From: an uncultured delta proteobacterium | Lineage (GTDB): Bacteria; Myxococcota; Myxococcia; Myxococcales; Anaeromyxobacteraceae | Direction of reading: 5' to 3' | NCBI GenBank assembly: GCA_963814585.1 | Contig: CAWFDF010000004.1 | Span: 512,001-576,000 of the forward strand | DNA: 64,000 nt | In this document: piece by piece, positions 10,676 to 25,019 of the stretch | Layout: each line of letters begins with the position of its first letter | Numbering within the stretch: the stretch's first letter is position 1 | Program-made: the position numbers and the translations under genes | Notes under the pieces: generated by a model | What the model was told of the DNA's origin: nothing | Databases searched by the model: none | Seen by the model: the letters and a program-made list of their open reading frames with translations, nothing else

Positions 10676-12343
10676 CTAGAGTACCACCGTCTCCCGGTAC
10701 TCGCCGAACACCTCCCGCAGCGCGTCGGAGACCTCGCCGAGCGTGGCGTCGGCCTTCACGGCGGCGAGGATGAGCGGCATGAGGTTGTCGGTCCCGCGAG
10801 CCCCGGCGCGCACCGCATCGACGGCCCGCCGGCAAGCGGCGGCGTCGCGGCGCGCCCGGAACGCCTTGAGCCGGGCCACCTGCTGCTCCTCGAGCGCCGG
10901 GTCGACCTTCATGACGGTGACCGGCGGGTCGTCCGCCTGGTAGGCGTTGACCCCCACCACCACCTGCTGCTTCTGCTCCACCTGCTTCTGCCAGGCGTAG
11001 GCGGCGTCCTGGATCTCGCGCTGCACGAAGCCCTTGGAGATGGCGTGGACCATGCCGCCCATCTCGTCGATCTTCCGGATGTAGGCCTCGGCGCGGGCCT
11101 CGATCTCGTCGGTCATGGCCTCGACCACGTAGCTGCCGCCGAAGGGATCGATGACGTCGGCCGCCCCCGACTCGTTGGCGATGATCTGCTGGGTGCGCAG
11201 CGCGATGCGGGCCGACGCCTCGGTGGGCAGGCCCAGCGCCTCGTCGCGCGAGTTGGTGTGCAGCGACTGCGTGCCGCCCAGCACCGCCGCCAGCGCCTGG
11301 ATGGTGACGCGGACGATGTTGTTGTCGGGCTGCTGCGCGGTGAGCATCGAGCCGGCGGTCTGGGTGTGGAAGCGGAGCATCCAGGAGCGCGGATCCCTGG
11401 CCTTGAAGCGCTCCTTCATGACGCGGGCCCAGAGCCGGCGGGCGGCCCGGTACTTGGCCACCTCCTCGAGCAGGTTGTTGTGGCCGTTGAAGAAGAAGGA
11501 GAGCCGGCCGGCGAAGGCGTCGACGTCGAGCCCGGCCTTGACCGCGGCGTCGACGTACTGGATGCCGTCGGCCAGCGTGAAGGCCACCTCCTGCACCGCC
11601 GTCGAGCCGGCCTCGCGGATGTGGTAGCCGGAGATGGAGATGGGGTTCCACTTCGGCATCACCCTGGCGGTGTAGGCGAAGATGTCGGTGATGAGCCGCA
11701 GCGACGGGACCGGCGGGTAGATGTAGGTGCCCCGGGCGGCGTACTCCTTGAGCAGGTCGTTCTGGATGGTCCCCTGCAGCTCGCCCGGAGGCACGCCCTG
11801 GCGCTCGCCGATGGCCTGGTACATCGAGAGCAGCACCGCGGCGGTGGAGTTGATGGTCATCGAGCTGGAGACGGTCCCGAGCGGGATGCCGTCGAGCAGC
11901 GTGGCCATGTCGTCGATGGAGTCGATGGCCACGCCGACCTTGCCCACCTCGCCCTGGGCGCGCGGGTGGTCCGAGTCGCGCCCCATCTGCGTGGGCAGGT
12001 CGAAGGCCACCGAGAGGCCGGTCTGGCCCGACTTGAGCAGGTACTTGTACCGCTCGTTCGACTCGGCGGCGGTGCCGAAGCCGGCGTACTGGCGCATGGT
12101 CCAGAAGCGGGCCCGGTACATGGTCGGCTGCACGCCGCGGGTGAAGGGGTACTCGCCGGGGAGGCCGAGCCGCGCCTCCAGGCCGGGCTTCACGTCGGCG
12201 GCCACGTAGACCGGCTGCTGCGGGATCCCGCTGCTGGTCTCGAAGCTGGGGCGCCGCTCCGGCGACCTGGCCACCGCCTTCCCGTACGGCCCCTTGAGCC
12301 AGCGCTCCTTCTCGATGCGGCCCTGCTCGCGATCGTCACCCAT
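10676..12343 (-). CDS. mcmA: Methylmalonyl-CoA mutase, large (substrate-binding) subunit
   Basis: [16 protein letters not shown] (Tyr), [23 protein letters not shown] (Arg), [10 protein letters not shown]. No C-terminal B12-binding DxHxxG domain. GGAGG RBS upstream. Confidence 0.93.
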   Translation of the reverse strand: MGDDREQGRIEKERWLKGPYGKAVARSPERRPSFETSSGIPQQPVYVAADVKPGLEARLGLPGEYPFTRGVQPTMYRARFWTMRQYAGFGTAAESNERYKYLLKSGQTGLSVAFDLPTQMGRDSDHPRAQGEVGKVGVAIDSIDDMATLLDGIPLGTVSSSMTINSTAAVLLSMYQAIGERQGVPPGELQGTIQNDLLKEYAARGTYIYPPVPSLRLITDIFAYTARVMPKWNPISISGYHIREAGSTAVQEVAFTLADGIQYVDAAVKAGLDVDAFAGRLSFFFNGHNNLLEEVAKYRAARRLWARVMKERFKARDPRSWMLRFHTQTAGSMLTAQQPDNNIVRVTIQALAAVLGGTQSLHTNSRDEALGLPTEASARIALRTQQIIANESGAADVIDPFGGSYVVEAMTDEIEARAEAYIRKIDEMGGMVHAISKGFVQREIQDAAYAWQKQVEQKQQVVVGVNAYQADDPPVTVMKVDPALEEQQVARLKAFRARRDAAACRRAVDAVRAGARGTDNLMPLILAAVKADATLGEVSDALREVFGEYRETVVL

Positions 12344-12363
12344 GGCGTCCTCGGTCCTCCGTG

Positions 12364-12887
12364 TCAGGGTTTCCTGGCCTGCTCGACGGCCAGCAGCGTC
12401 GCGCCGCTCGCCACGTCCTGTCCCGCCTCGACCCGCAGCTCGGTCACCGTCCCGTCGCCCGGGCTGCACAGCTGGTTCTCCATCCGCAGCGCCTCCAGCA
12501 CCAGCAGCGGCTGCCCCCGAGTCACCGGGTCGCCCAGCTTCACCAGCACCTTCAGCACCCGCCCCGGCAGCGGCGCGGCCAGCGGCTGCCGTCCCTCGAC
12601 GGTGAGCGTCCCCAGGGCCCGCCGCATCCGCAGCCGCCGCTCGGGGAGGATCTCCATGGGGAAGACGGCGCCCCGCACCCGGACCCGGACCTGGGCGCCC
12701 CGCTCGTCGAAGGTGACGTCGTGGCTGGCGGTGTCGACGAGGAGCGAGAGGCTGCCGGCGTCGGGGCGGAAGGCGTCGACGTCGAGCTGGCGGCCGCCGA
12801 TCCGCACCCGGTAGCGGCCGGGGCCGGCCTCCTCGACGTCGATCTCCACCTCGCGCTTGCCGGCGTCGAGGAGCGCCACGTAGCGGC

Positions 12888-12891
<4 letters not shown>
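12364..12891 (-). CDS. Biotin carboxyl carrier-like protein with the attachment Lys replaced (EALRM)
   Basis: [32 protein letters not shown]...DGTV biotinyl-domain pattern. ATGA overlap with the biotin carboxylase gene. Confidence 0.88.
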
Positions 12892-14425
<1,534 letters not shown>

Positions 14426-14577
14426 GTGGGGACACCCCGGTGGCAGGGCTGCTGCGAAGAGCGTGTGCGTCGGGGTGGGGACGATACCCGCGCAGGCGCG
14501 GGGCCGTCCAGCGATCACGCGGCCGGGGGATTTGCTACCCTGCGTGGTCGGCCCTGTGGGGCCCGGAGGCGGACCGC

Positions 14578-15132
14578 ATGTGGTTCCTGCTGCTGGTGAT
14601 CGGCGCGGTGGTGGTGCAGCTGGCCGGGGTGCCCGCCAGCCGCCGGCTGCCGGTCCCGCCCCCACCCGAGGCCCTGCTGATCGCCTGGTTCCTCTTCGCC
14701 GCCGCGGTTCGCCTGGCGGTGATGCGGCTCCGCCTGGCCTCCTTCGAGCGCAAGGCCAAGCGGCTGGCGCGCCGCACCAGCGACCCGGCCGTCTCGCCGA
14801 TGGGCGAGCTCGGGCTCGGGGTGGGGCGGGGGGCGCTCCTGGCCGTGGGCGGCGACGTGCTCGGGGCCTCGCTGTCGCTGGTGGCGGCGCTGCTGCGCGG
14901 CACCGCCGGCTCGCTCCGGACCCCGCCCACGCCGCAGCGGGAGCGCCGGCGGGCCTCCCGCAGGGAGCGGCTGAACGCGGCCACCTGCGTGCTGGGGGTC
15001 GGGCTCGCCTGCGTCGGCCTGGCCTGGTGGCCGCTGGTCGGCGGCCAGGCCTCCCGGGCCGCCGTCCCGGCGCTGCGCGCGGTCGGCCTGGTGCCCGAGG
15101 CGCCCACCATCGGGCCCCCACCGGCCCGCTGA
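14578..15132 (+). CDS. Hypothetical membrane protein
   Basis: Several hydrophobic segments; fills the gap between accC and plsC. Confidence 0.55.
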   Translation: MWFLLLVIGAVVVQLAGVPASRRLPVPPPPEALLIAWFLFAAAVRLAVMRLRLASFERKAKRLARRTSDPAVSPMGELGLGVGRGALLAVGGDVLGASLSLVAALLRGTAGSLRTPPTPQRERRRASRRERLNAATCVLGVGLACVGLAWWPLVGGQASRAAVPALRAVGLVPEAPTIGPPPAR

Positions 15133-15133
15133 C

Positions 15134-15886
15134 CTACGTGCCCCTGGCCGCGCTACCGAGGACCCCCTTGCCGCCCGGCAGCGCCGCGAGGATGGCGGCT
15201 CGCGTCGCCTCCTTGAGCGCGGCCGGGTCGTTCCCGAACTGCGAGGGGTGGATGGGATCGAGCACCTGGACCCGGGCCCTCATCGAGTCCCGGAAGAGGA
15301 TGCCGTGCTTGGGGAGGGCGTCGCCGGTGCCGCTCACCGCCACCGGGTAGACCGGGCAGTTGGCGTCGCAGGCCAGCTTGAAGGCCCCCTCCTTGAACGG
15401 CAGCATGACCCCGTCCTGCGAGCGGGTCCCCTCCGGGAAGATCAGCACCGGCACGCCGCGGTCGAGGTGGGCGCGGCAGCGGGCCATCATCAGGCGCACC
15501 GACTCGCGATCGCCCCGCCAGATGGGGACGTACTCGCAGAGCCTCATGTTCCAGCCCACGAAGGGCAGGCGAAACAGCTCCCCCTTGGCGACCCACTTGA
15601 AGGGCGAGAAGAGGCCGTAGAGGACGAGGATGTCGAGGATGGAGAGGTGGTTGGCGGTGATCACCGCCGGCCCGTGCCACGGCAGCTTCTCCCGCCCCTC
15701 CACCTTCACCCGCCAGATGGGATTGACCCAGACGTAGAGCATCCCCCAGAAGCAGCCGAACAGGTGGACCCAGGTGCGCCGGCGGTCGAGCGGCGCCGTG
15801 ACCAGGAAGATGGCCAGCTGCGTCACCATCAGCGGCGGCAGCGAGACCAGGAAGAAGAGCCAGTAGAGGATCGAGAAGAGCGCCAT
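15134..15886 (-). CDS. plsC: 1-acyl-sn-glycerol-3-phosphate acyltransferase
   Basis: NHLSILD (HxxxxD) and FPEGTRS motifs. Confidence 0.9.
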   Translation of the reverse strand: MALFSILYWLFFLVSLPPLMVTQLAIFLVTAPLDRRRTWVHLFGCFWGMLYVWVNPIWRVKVEGREKLPWHGPAVITANHLSILDILVLYGLFSPFKWVAKGELFRLPFVGWNMRLCEYVPIWRGDRESVRLMMARCRAHLDRGVPVLIFPEGTRSQDGVMLPFKEGAFKLACDANCPVYPVAVSGTGDALPKHGILFRDSMRARVQVLDPIHPSQFGNDPAALKEATRAAILAALPGGKGVLGSAARGT

Positions 15887-15899
15887 GGCGATCCCCGGT

Positions 15900-17234
15900 T
15901 CAGGGTGAGGCCGGCCCGCCGGCGCCGGCCGAGGCGGCCACGGCCTCGAGGATGCGGTAGGTGCCGAACTTGGGGAGCCGCATGTAGCCGGCCCAGGCCG
16001 CCGAGGCCAGCAGGCCGTCGGAGAGCCAGTCGGAGAACCACTCGGCGGCGAAGCGGGGGTCGCGCTGCTTGAGCGCCGCGCCGCCCTCGCGCGCCCAGCG
16101 CCGGTTGTAGCGCTCGTGGACGCCCACCGGCGGCGCCGAGATGAGCGGCAGCCCGAGCGCGGCGTAGAAGGTCAGCTCGGAGGGCTTGGTCCAGAGCGCG
16201 TCGGTGCGGGCCAGCAGCGCGTTGAACTGGGAGTAATAGGCGGCGAAGTCGGGAGCGCGCAGGACCTCCAGCCCCCCCCCCAGGTGCCCCTCCAGCCGGG
16301 CGCCGTGGATGGCCTCGCGGAAGCGGGCCTCCACCTCGGGCCGGACCCCGGCCACCAGCGCCAGGCGGATGCGGCCGGCGTCGAGCAGCGGCCGGAAGCC
16401 CGGCAGGAAGGCCCGCGCCAGCTCGGACTGGGCCCCGGCGCCGCCCACCGCGAAGGTGAGCAGCGGCGGCCGCCCCGCCTCCTCGACCGGAAGCGGCACG
16501 CCCAGGAAGGCGGCCAGCTCCTCCGGCATCTCGCGCCGGAACTCACCGGAGGGGTCGAGCCGCACCAGCCGCGCCGCCAGGTGGCGCCTCAGGGCCGGCA
16601 GCGTCGGCCCCCCCAGCAGCTCGTGGGGCAGCGGGAAGCCGGTGAAGGTGATGCGCGGCTCGGGGACACCGTAGGCGCGGAGCCGCCGGGCGGCGCGCCG
16701 CGTCGGCACCAGGTACTGGATCCGGGTGGTCTCCGGCCCGGCCGGCACCCAGATCCGGTTGATGTCCGAGTCGGTCACCACGCAGAAGATCCGGTCGTGG
16801 CCGGCCCGGTCGGCCACGATGGCCGGCGAGTAGAAGGTGGTGAGCAGCGGCGCCCCGGTCTCGCGCAGCCGGGCCACCAGGCCGGCGCCGAGGTTCCGCC
16901 GGATGAGCCGCTCCAGGGTGATGACGGAGCGCGTCGGCGCCGAGAGATCACGGTAGGGGTGGAGCCGGGGGATGTCGGTGATGCCGTCGAGCAGGAGCCG
17001 CAGCGGGGCGCCGATGACCGGGACCTGCGACAGGCGCGAGACCAGCTCGTAGGCCCGTCGGACCCGGGCCCAGAGCTTCTCCTCCCCCGGCGCCACCACC
17101 GGCGGCCGGTCCACGTGGACCACCGCCGTGCCCAGCCCCTGGGCCAGCGGGGTGGCGGCGCGCAGGTGGCCGTACCCCATCTCGACGGCGACGACGAGCG
17201 GCAGGGGCCGGGGGGTCTGGAGGTCGGTCGGCAT
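15900..17234 (-). CDS. GT-B fold protein resembling UgtP/MGDG-synthase glycosyltransferases
   Basis: [42 protein letters not shown] occur in the order expected for UgtP-like enzymes. Confidence 0.6.
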   Translation of the reverse strand: MPTDLQTPRPLPLVVAVEMGYGHLRAATPLAQGLGTAVVHVDRPPVVAPGEEKLWARVRRAYELVSRLSQVPVIGAPLRLLLDGITDIPRLHPYRDLSAPTRSVITLERLIRRNLGAGLVARLRETGAPLLTTFYSPAIVADRAGHDRIFCVVTDSDINRIWVPAGPETTRIQYLVPTRRAARRLRAYGVPEPRITFTGFPLPHELLGGPTLPALRRHLAARLVRLDPSGEFRREMPEELAAFLGVPLPVEEAGRPPLLTFAVGGAGAQSELARAFLPGFRPLLDAGRIRLALVAGVRPEVEARFREAIHGARLEGHLGGGLEVLRAPDFAAYYSQFNALLARTDALWTKPSELTFYAALGLPLISAPPVGVHERYNRRWAREGGAALKQRDPRFAAEWFSDWLSDGLLASAAWAGYMRLPKFGTYRILEAVAASAGAGGPASP

Positions 17235-17504
17235 CGCGGCGAGGCGGCGCCAAGGTACCAGAGGTCCAGCGGATGGGTCGAATCGACGCCGGCCAGGCCG
17301 GTGGCCGCGACCCCTCGAGGCGCAGCGCGTCAACTCGCGGTGGTGGCCGGGGCGTCACCGAGAGGCAAGGCGGGGAGCGCCGCCGGAGCCACGATCACGC
17401 TTCCGATCGTGCAACCAGGTGTATTAGGCTTTTTCCGTCCAGCCCGCGGACGCTGGATCGACTGTCATCTCGGCGGCTCGAATCGAAGAAAGCGAATCAA
17501 CAGC

Positions 17505-17708
17505 ATGGCGACCGGTACCGTGAAGTGGTTCAACGATGCGAAGGGCTTCGGCTTCATCACCCAGGACAACGGTGGTGAGGACGTCTTCTGTCACTACAGC
17601 GCCATCAACGCGGACGGCTTCAAGAGCCTGTCCGAGGGGCAGAAGGTGGAGTTCGACGTGGTCAAGGGGCCGAAGGGGCTCCAGGCCGCGAACGTTCGCA
17701 AGGTCTAG
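17505..17708 (+). CDS. Cold-shock protein (CspA family)
   Basis: [21 protein letters not shown]...DVFCHYSAI...[10 protein letters not shown]. Confidence 0.96.
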   Translation: MATGTVKWFNDAKGFGFITQDNGGEDVFCHYSAINADGFKSLSEGQKVEFDVVKGPKGLQAANVRKV

Positions 17709-17732
17709 GCCCCCCGCTCGACCGCAGTGATC

Positions 17733-17762
17733 GGCCCGGTCCCTCGCGAGGGGGACCGGGCC
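17733..17762. terminator. Hairpin between the convergent csp and FKBP genes
   Basis: GGCCCGGTCCCTC-GCGA-GGGGGACCGGGCC: 13-bp stem with a GNRA loop. Confidence 0.7.
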
Positions 17763-17792
17763 GTTCACGTCCGGGCCACGCGAGGGGCGCCA

Positions 17793-18116
17793 TCAGCCGA
17801 CGCCGAGCAGCTCGACCTCGAAGACCAGCGTCGCCTGCGGGGGGATCGCGCCGGGGAAGCCGCGCATGCCGTAGGCCAGCTCCGGCGGGATGGTGAGCCT
17901 CCGCCGGCCGCCCACCTTCATGCCGGCCACGCCCTGATCCCAGCCCTTGATGACCTGACCGCCGCCGAGCGTGAAGCCGAAGGGGCTGCCGCCCCGCGAG
18001 GAGTCGAACTGCTTCCCGTCGAGCAGCCATCCCGTGTAGTGGACCTCCACCCTCAGGCCGGCCCGGGCCTCCGCGCCCGTCCCGACCTGCTGCTCCACGA
18101 TCTCGACCGTGCCCAC
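17793..18116 (-). CDS. FKBP-type peptidyl-prolyl isomerase
   Basis: [50 protein letters not shown] before the GTG. Confidence 0.95.
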   Translation of the reverse strand: MGTVEIVEQQVGTGAEARAGLRVEVHYTGWLLDGKQFDSSRGGSPFGFTLGGGQVIKGWDQGVAGMKVGGRRRLTIPPELAYGMRGFPGAIPPQATLVFEVELLGVG

Positions 18117-18142
18117 GTGGACCTCCTGGTGGTGAGCTGCCG

Positions 18143-19705
<1,563 letters not shown>

Positions 19706-19773
19706 GTCGGGCTTGGAACCTCCGCTGTCCTGATAGCACGGACGGGGCGCCGGCGAGGCGGCCCACCGTCGTC

Positions 19774-22755
19774 CTACAACCGGTAGCCGCTCCGCGTGAA
19801 CCAGCCGGCCCAGGCGCGCGCCGCCTGCTCCCGCTCCGCCGAGGTCGAATCGGGGGAGTAGCTGACCGGCGGAGGCGCGATCCGCCCCAGCTCGGCGGCC
19901 GCGGCCGCCCGGACCTCGCGATCCTCGGCGGTCAGGCCTCCGAATATCCACTCGGCCCGGCCACGTCCTCGGTTCTCCTTCCACCAGAGCAGCCACGGGC
20001 GCGGCGACGATCCGTGCCGCTGCATGGTGATGATGGAGAGCGCCTCGGCGATCGCGGCCGCGGTGGACGGATCGGCCCCCTCGAGCGCCTGGATCAGGAT
20101 GGGGATTGACTCCACGTCCCGGAGGGCGGCGAGCGCCCGCGCCGCGGGGGCGGCCCGGGCCGACAGCCCCGAGGCGAGCGCCCGCCGCAGCCGCTCCGGG
20201 ATGGTCCGGATGGCCGCCGTGCCACGGTGGGCGGCCAGCGCCTCCCGCGCCGCCTCGGCCACCTCCGGGGCGGGATCGAGGCAGCGGTCGGCGAGCGCCG
20301 CCAGCGAGGCCGGATCGCCGATGGCGCCGAGCAGCTCCGCGGCGGCGCGCCGACGGGAGGGCGCGGGATTGTCGAGCGCGGCGAGGAGCAGCGGCACCGC
20401 CGGCTGGCCGATGGCGACCAGGGCCTCGAAGGCGGGGCCACGCGCCGCCGGGATGGACGGGCCGGTGGCGAGGTAGGCGTCGACGAGCTCTCCGGCCGGA
20501 TCGGGGACGCCGTGCGGCAGGGTCTCGCCGGCGGCGGCGGCAGCCGCGCCTCGCTCCACGGGCGCCTCCGGCGCGAGGTCCAGCGGTGGCTCGGGCGGAA
20601 GTGGCTCGGGCCCGGGCTCGGGCTCGGGCAACGCCAGCTCCGTGGTCACCTCCGCGGTCGGCGCCGGATCCTCCAGGATGGGCGCAGGCTCCACCGGGAA
20701 GAGCACGGCCTCATCCGGGGCGGGCGCAGCCGCCTCCAGGACGGGCGCGGCTTCCACCGGGAAGAGCGCAGCCTCCTCCGGGGCGGGCGCAGGCTCCACC
20801 GGGAAGAGCGCGGCCTCCTCCGGGGCGGGCGCAGCTGCCTCCAGGGCGGGCTCAGGCTCCACCTGGAGGAGCGCAGCCTCCTCCGGGGCGAGCGCGGCTT
20901 CTACCGGGAAGAGCACGGCCTCCTCCGGGGCGGGCGCAGCCGCCTCCAGGACGGGAGCGGCTTCCACCGGGAAGAGCGCAGCCTCCTCCGGGGCGGGCGC
21001 AGGCTCCGCGGGGATGGGCGCAGCCTCCTCCCGGATCTTCGCGGGCTCCAGCAGGAAGGTGGCGTCCGCCTCCAGCGTGGAAGCGGGCTCCGCCGGGAAG
21101 GGCGCAGCCTCTTCCGGGATGGGCGCGAAGAGCCCGTCCGGGATGGAGCTTGCCTCCCGAGGTGACGGTGGGGGCTCCTCCGGGATCGGCGCCGGCTCCT
21201 CCACGATCGGCGCGAAGAGCTCGTCCGGCTCGAGCTGGCCACCGGCGGCGAAGAAGTCCGCCTCGGCCGCGGTCACCTTCGCCGGCTCGCTGCCCGGTCC
21301 GCGCCAGGCCGGCTCGGACCGCTGGAAGGGGCCGGGAGGCGCCTCGGCCGGCCGTGACCCGACGGTGGACGGCCCCTCTCCCTTTCGCGTCTTGATGATC
21401 CGCTCGAAGGCGGCGCCGATGGTGGAGCAGAAGAGGAGCAGGTCGCCGAGGCGCCGCGCCGAGACCGTGCCGCCGCCGTTGTCGGCATAGAGGAGGCAGA
21501 CCGGCCGGTTCCGCAGCAGGATGGGGGTCACCAGCACGGTGCGCGGCGTGCCGCGCCCCAGGGCGTCGAGCACCGCCTGGTTGGCCGGGGCGTTCCGGTC
21601 GACGCGGCCGAGGTACGGGGCCATGGTCTCGATGGCGGTGCGGAAGATCCCCAGATCGCTCGAGTAGATGGCGACGGTGCGGGCCAGGTCGCGAGCGTCG
21701 CCCTCGGGCCCGAGACCGTCGTGGCCGGCGATCGCGTCACGGGTCACGGCGAAGAGCGCCGCGAACTGGAAGAAGTCGCGGGCGTAGCGCAGCACGGTGA
21801 CCACCACCTCGTCGCGGGTCCGGGCCCGGGCCAGCGCGGCCCGGGCCTGCTCCAGGGTCCAGCGTGGGGGCGCCGAGCGGTCCAGCGGGTTCGGCGCCTC
21901 CGAGGACGCTGGTGCGCCGGGACCCGGCCCGTCACCGGGCTCGGCCACGGCGATGCCGGCGTCCGGGGCGGCGTCCGCCGGTGCGTCCGGCGGCGCTTCC
22001 GGCGACTCGACGTCGAACATCTCCAGGGCCTCGGCCAGCGCGGCCGACAGCGGCTCGAGCGGCTCGCCCAGTTCCCGGGAGAAGCCCGCGAAGCCAGCAG
22101 GTGGGCGCGTCGGACCGGGTTCGCCGGGCGAGGCCGGTGCGGTGGTGATCGCCGGCATGGCCGAGCCGAGGTAGATCCCGGGCGCCGTCACGATCGGGGC
22201 CTCGTCGCTCGAGGCCGGCGGCCCGCCGGTCTCCGGCTCCGGTGCCTCGGGTTCCGCGGCCACCACGCCGGGGCTGGTTCCCCGGTCGGCGGACTGCTCG
22301 GCCAGCCGGGCCAGCCGCGGCGGGAGCGGCCCGCCGTAGAGCTGCTGGATGAGCGCGCGGACTCGCCACTCCGGCCCGACGTGCGGTGCCAGGTGGAGCG
22401 AGAGCATGAAGCTCACCTCGTCGAGCAGGCTGAGGTCGACCGGGCAGGTCGCCACCAGCGAGAGCTCGCGGCCCTCGAGCGCGAAGGGAGCGAGCCCGTG
22501 CCGCTCCGCCACCTTCGACGGGAAGACCCGGCGGGCCCGGGCGTCCACCCGCTCGTAGGCCGAGAGCGGCGCCGCCGGCAGGTCCGAGGCACGGGCCAGC
22601 GCGCCCACCAGGCGGGCCTCCGCGACCAACCCCAGCTCCAGCAGGGCGGTGTCGAGCGTGCCGCCGGCCTCCTTCTGCCGGGCCAGCGCGCGTCGCAGCC
22701 CCTCGGGGGAGACGATCCCCTCCTCGAGGAGGAGCTGTGAGAGCTCGCGCGCCAA
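19774..22755 (-). CDS. FrgA-like protein: degenerate MshEN/T2SSE_N domain, GAF-like region, acidic Pro/Ala repeats, HEAT repeats
   Basis: N-terminal [12 protein letters not shown]...[21 protein letters not shown]-terminal [18 protein letters not shown]-like repeats. TTG start after AAGGGGG. Confidence 0.75.
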   Translation of the reverse strand: MARELSQLLLEEGIVSPEGLRRALARQKEAGGTLDTALLELGLVAEARLVGALARASDLPAAPLSAYERVDARARRVFPSKVAERHGLAPFALEGRELSLVATCPVDLSLLDEVSFMLSLHLAPHVGPEWRVRALIQQLYGGPLPPRLARLAEQSADRGTSPGVVAAEPEAPEPETGGPPASSDEAPIVTAPGIYLGSAMPAITTAPASPGEPGPTRPPAGFAGFSRELGEPLEPLSAALAEALEMFDVESPEAPPDAPADAAPDAGIAVAEPGDGPGPGAPASSEAPNPLDRSAPPRWTLEQARAALARARTRDEVVVTVLRYARDFFQFAALFAVTRDAIAGHDGLGPEGDARDLARTVAIYSSDLGIFRTAIETMAPYLGRVDRNAPANQAVLDALGRGTPRTVLVTPILLRNRPVCLLYADNGGGTVSARRLGDLLLFCSTIGAAFERIIKTRKGEGPSTVGSRPAEAPPGPFQRSEPAWRGPGSEPAKVTAAEADFFAAGGQLEPDELFAPIVEEPAPIPEEPPPSPREASSIPDGLFAPIPEEAAPFPAEPASTLEADATFLLEPAKIREEAAPIPAEPAPAPEEAALFPVEAAPVLEAAAPAPEEAVLFPVEAALAPEEAALLQVEPEPALEAAAPAPEEAALFPVEPAPAPEEAALFPVEAAPVLEAAAPAPDEAVLFPVEPAPILEDPAPTAEVTTELALPEPEPGPEPLPPEPPLDLAPEAPVERGAAAAAAGETLPHGVPDPAGELVDAYLATGPSIPAARGPAFEALVAIGQPAVPLLLAALDNPAPSRRRAAAELLGAIGDPASLAALADRCLDPAPEVAEAAREALAAHRGTAAIRTIPERLRRALASGLSARAAPAARALAALRDVESIPILIQALEGADPSTAAAIAEALSIITMQRHGSSPRPWLLWWKENRGRGRAEWIFGGLTAEDREVRAAAAAELGRIAPPPVSYSPDSTSAEREQAARAWAGWFTRSGYRL
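20650..21215 (-). repeat. Intragenic degenerate 21-bp (7-aa) tandem repeat
   Basis: Encodes [28 protein letters not shown] heptads. Confidence 0.75.
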
Positions 22756-22804
22756 TGGTGTTCCCCCTTTCAGGCTTCCAGTAGTGCCCCGATCGTCGGA
22801 CCGG

Positions 22805-23218
22805 TCAAGGCGCCTCGACCACGGCGGTGTCGGCCAGGAGGTCGTGCAGGCCGCGCCCGGACCGCGTGAAGAGGGCCACCAGCGGGCCGGTCCCCAGCAG
22901 CGCGACGCCCACCACCGCGGCGGCGGCTCGCCGGGCGCTGCGGCCGAGGCCGGGTCGCGCCCCATCGGGACCGACCACGCGCAGGCCGGTGGCCCGCTTG
23001 CCGAAGGTGGCGCCGAGCAGCCAGGTGCAGAGCAGCTGGTAGGTGAAGGCGGCCAGCGCCAGCGCCGTCAGCGCCGGGATCAGCAGCCGCGGCTCGGCTC
23101 CGAGCCAGGTCGCCGTCGCCACGGCGACCAGGGCAAACGGGAGGCCGTCGATGGCCCAGGCGGCGGCCCGCCTGCCGGCGCGGGCCCGGCGCAGCTCGAT
23201 GACGGGGCCTTCGGCCAT
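22805..23218 (-). CDS. RDD family membrane protein
   Basis: RRAAAWAID, GATFGKRATGLRVV, GLHDLLADTAVV. Confidence 0.88.
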   Translation of the reverse strand: MAEGPVIELRRARAGRRAAAWAIDGLPFALVAVATATWLGAEPRLLIPALTALALAAFTYQLLCTWLLGATFGKRATGLRVVGPDGARPGLGRSARRAAAAVVGVALLGTGPLVALFTRSGRGLHDLLADTAVVEAP

Positions 23219-23279
23219 CCCTGCAAGCTACCCCGGCAGGAGGTGCGGGCAAGGATTCGGGCGCCGGTCCCGCGCCGCC

Positions 23280-24008
23280 CTACCGGCCCAGGTCCCCGGC
23301 CACGGCCTGCAGCACCGCCAGCCCGGCGATGGCCGCGGTCTCGGCCCGCAGGGTGCGTGGGCCGAGCGCAGCGCCGACGCCGCCGGCCGAAAGGCAGGCC
23401 GCCAGCTCGCCATCCGTCAACCCGCCCTCGGGTCCGACCACCAGCGCCACGCCCGGCGCCTCGTCGAGCCCGAGCGCGCCGAGCGGCGCGCCGCCCGGCC
23501 CTTGGAGGATCACCAGCCGGTGACCGCCCGGCACCGCGGCCAGGGCGCCGGCCAGCGACACCGGCGCCTCGACCACCGGCACGTCGGCCCGCCCGCACTG
23601 GCGCGCCGCCTCCTCGGCGATGCGCCGCCAGCGCACCGCCCGCTCCCGTCCCTTGTCGGGGTCGAGCCTCACCACGGACCGTTCGGCGGCCCACGGGGCC
23701 AGCCTCGCCACGCCCAGCTCGGTCGCCTTCTGCACCACCAGGTCGTTCTTCTCGCCCTTGGCGAGCGCGAAGAGCAGCGAGATGGCCGGTCCGGCGGCCA
23801 GCGCCGCCCGCCTCGCCCCCACCGCCAGCGCCTCGAAGCCCGGCTCGATGGTGGCCTCCCAGGCCCCGCCCCGCCCGTCGAAGAGCTCGACCGCCGCGCC
23901 CGGCGGGAGCCGCAGCACGTCGCGCAGGTAGTGGCGCGCCTCGCCGGTCAGATCGGCCCGCGCCGCGCCGATCCGCTCCGGCGGCAGGTGGATCCTCCGG
24001 CGGGTCAC
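23280..24008 (-). CDS. rsmE: 16S rRNA m3U1498 methyltransferase
   Basis: HYLRDVLRL, QKATELGV, EAARQCGR, VGPEGG, LGPRTLRAETA. Confidence 0.94.
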   Translation of the reverse strand: MTRRRIHLPPERIGAARADLTGEARHYLRDVLRLPPGAAVELFDGRGGAWEATIEPGFEALAVGARRAALAAGPAISLLFALAKGEKNDLVVQKATELGVARLAPWAAERSVVRLDPDKGRERAVRWRRIAEEAARQCGRADVPVVEAPVSLAGALAAVPGGHRLVILQGPGGAPLGALGLDEAPGVALVVGPEGGLTDGELAACLSAGGVGAALGPRTLRAETAAIAGLAVLQAVAGDLGR

Positions 24009-24880
24009 GCGGGACGCCCCGTGCTCCGCGCCGGCCTCTCCAGGGCCAGCAGGGACCACTCCCCGTCGCGCCGATCGCCGCCCGCCAGCCGCCGCAGCCC
24101 GGCGGCCAGGTAGGCGGCGCGCACCTCGTCCTCCTGCGGCGTGAGGATGCCGGAGAGGAGCACCACGCCACCTGGAGCCAGCTGGGCGGCGATCGGGCGC
24201 GCCAGCTCGCAGAGCGTGTTGGCGAGGATGTTGGCGAGGATGAGGTCGAACGGCCCGGGCTGCTCCGCGACGCCCCGCCCGTCGAAGTCGACCTGCACGC
24301 CGTTCAGCGCGGCGTTCTCCAGCGCCACGCGGACGGCGACGGGATCGTTGTCGTTTCCCACCACCACGGGCGCCCCCAGCTTGCGCGCCGCGATGGCCAG
24401 CAGGCCGGAGCCGGTGCCGACGTCGAGCACGCGCGCTCGCGGCGTGGCGGCGAGCCGCTCCGACATGGCGGCGAGGCAGAGCGAGGTGGTCGGATGGGTT
24501 CCCGTGCCGAAGGCCATGCCCGGGTCGAGCGTCACCTCGACCATGCCCGGCGGCGTCGGGGCGGCGACCCAGCTCGGCCGCACGAAGACCCGGCCGATGG
24601 AGAGCGGCGCGAGCCCCTCCTTCCACGACTCGCCCCAGTCCTGGTCGGGCAGCTCCTCCGGCTGGACGTGGCGCCGACGTGCCGCGGCGGCGGCCTCCTC
24701 GCGGTCGGCGAACCAGGCCACCACCAGCGCCCGCCCCGCCGCCGGCTGCCGGACCCCCGGCATGGGGATCCCCTCGCCATCGCGGACCTCGACCCCCGAG
24801 GCTCCGTCCTCCATGAGCGCCGCCGCCAGCTCCTCGGCCTCGTCCAGCTCCACGTCGATGGTCACCGACCAGCTCGCCAC
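24005..24880 (-). CDS. prmA: Ribosomal protein L11 methyltransferase
   Basis: DPGMAFGTGTHPTT, VLDVGTGSGLLAI, ANILA, LSGIL. Confidence 0.94.
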   Translation of the reverse strand: MASWSVTIDVELDEAEELAAALMEDGASGVEVRDGEGIPMPGVRQPAAGRALVVAWFADREEAAAAARRRHVQPEELPDQDWGESWKEGLAPLSIGRVFVRPSWVAAPTPPGMVEVTLDPGMAFGTGTHPTTSLCLAAMSERLAATPRARVLDVGTGSGLLAIAARKLGAPVVVGNDNDPVAVRVALENAALNGVQVDFDGRGVAEQPGPFDLILANILANTLCELARPIAAQLAPGGVVLLSGILTPQEDEVRAAYLAAGLRRLAGGDRRDGEWSLLALERPARSTGRPA

Positions 24881-25019
24881 GGGCGCCTCCTCCTGCCCTG
24901 CCGCGGGCCTGCGTACCCCGTCCCGCCCCGCCGATCCAGCGCCGGGCCCCGGGGTGCGCCGATATCGCACCCGGCGAAGAGTGAACCGCCTCCCGGTTTG
25001 GCGCTACCATGACGCCCTC

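Noticed and set aside
10676..12343. Isobutyryl-CoA mutase assignment
   Set aside because: The Tyr (RQYAG) and Arg (ARGTY) specificity residues fit methylmalonyl-CoA mutase.
16116..17504. Apparent long N-terminal extension fused to Csp
   Set aside because: Antisense to the GT-like gene; Csp starts at ATG 17505.
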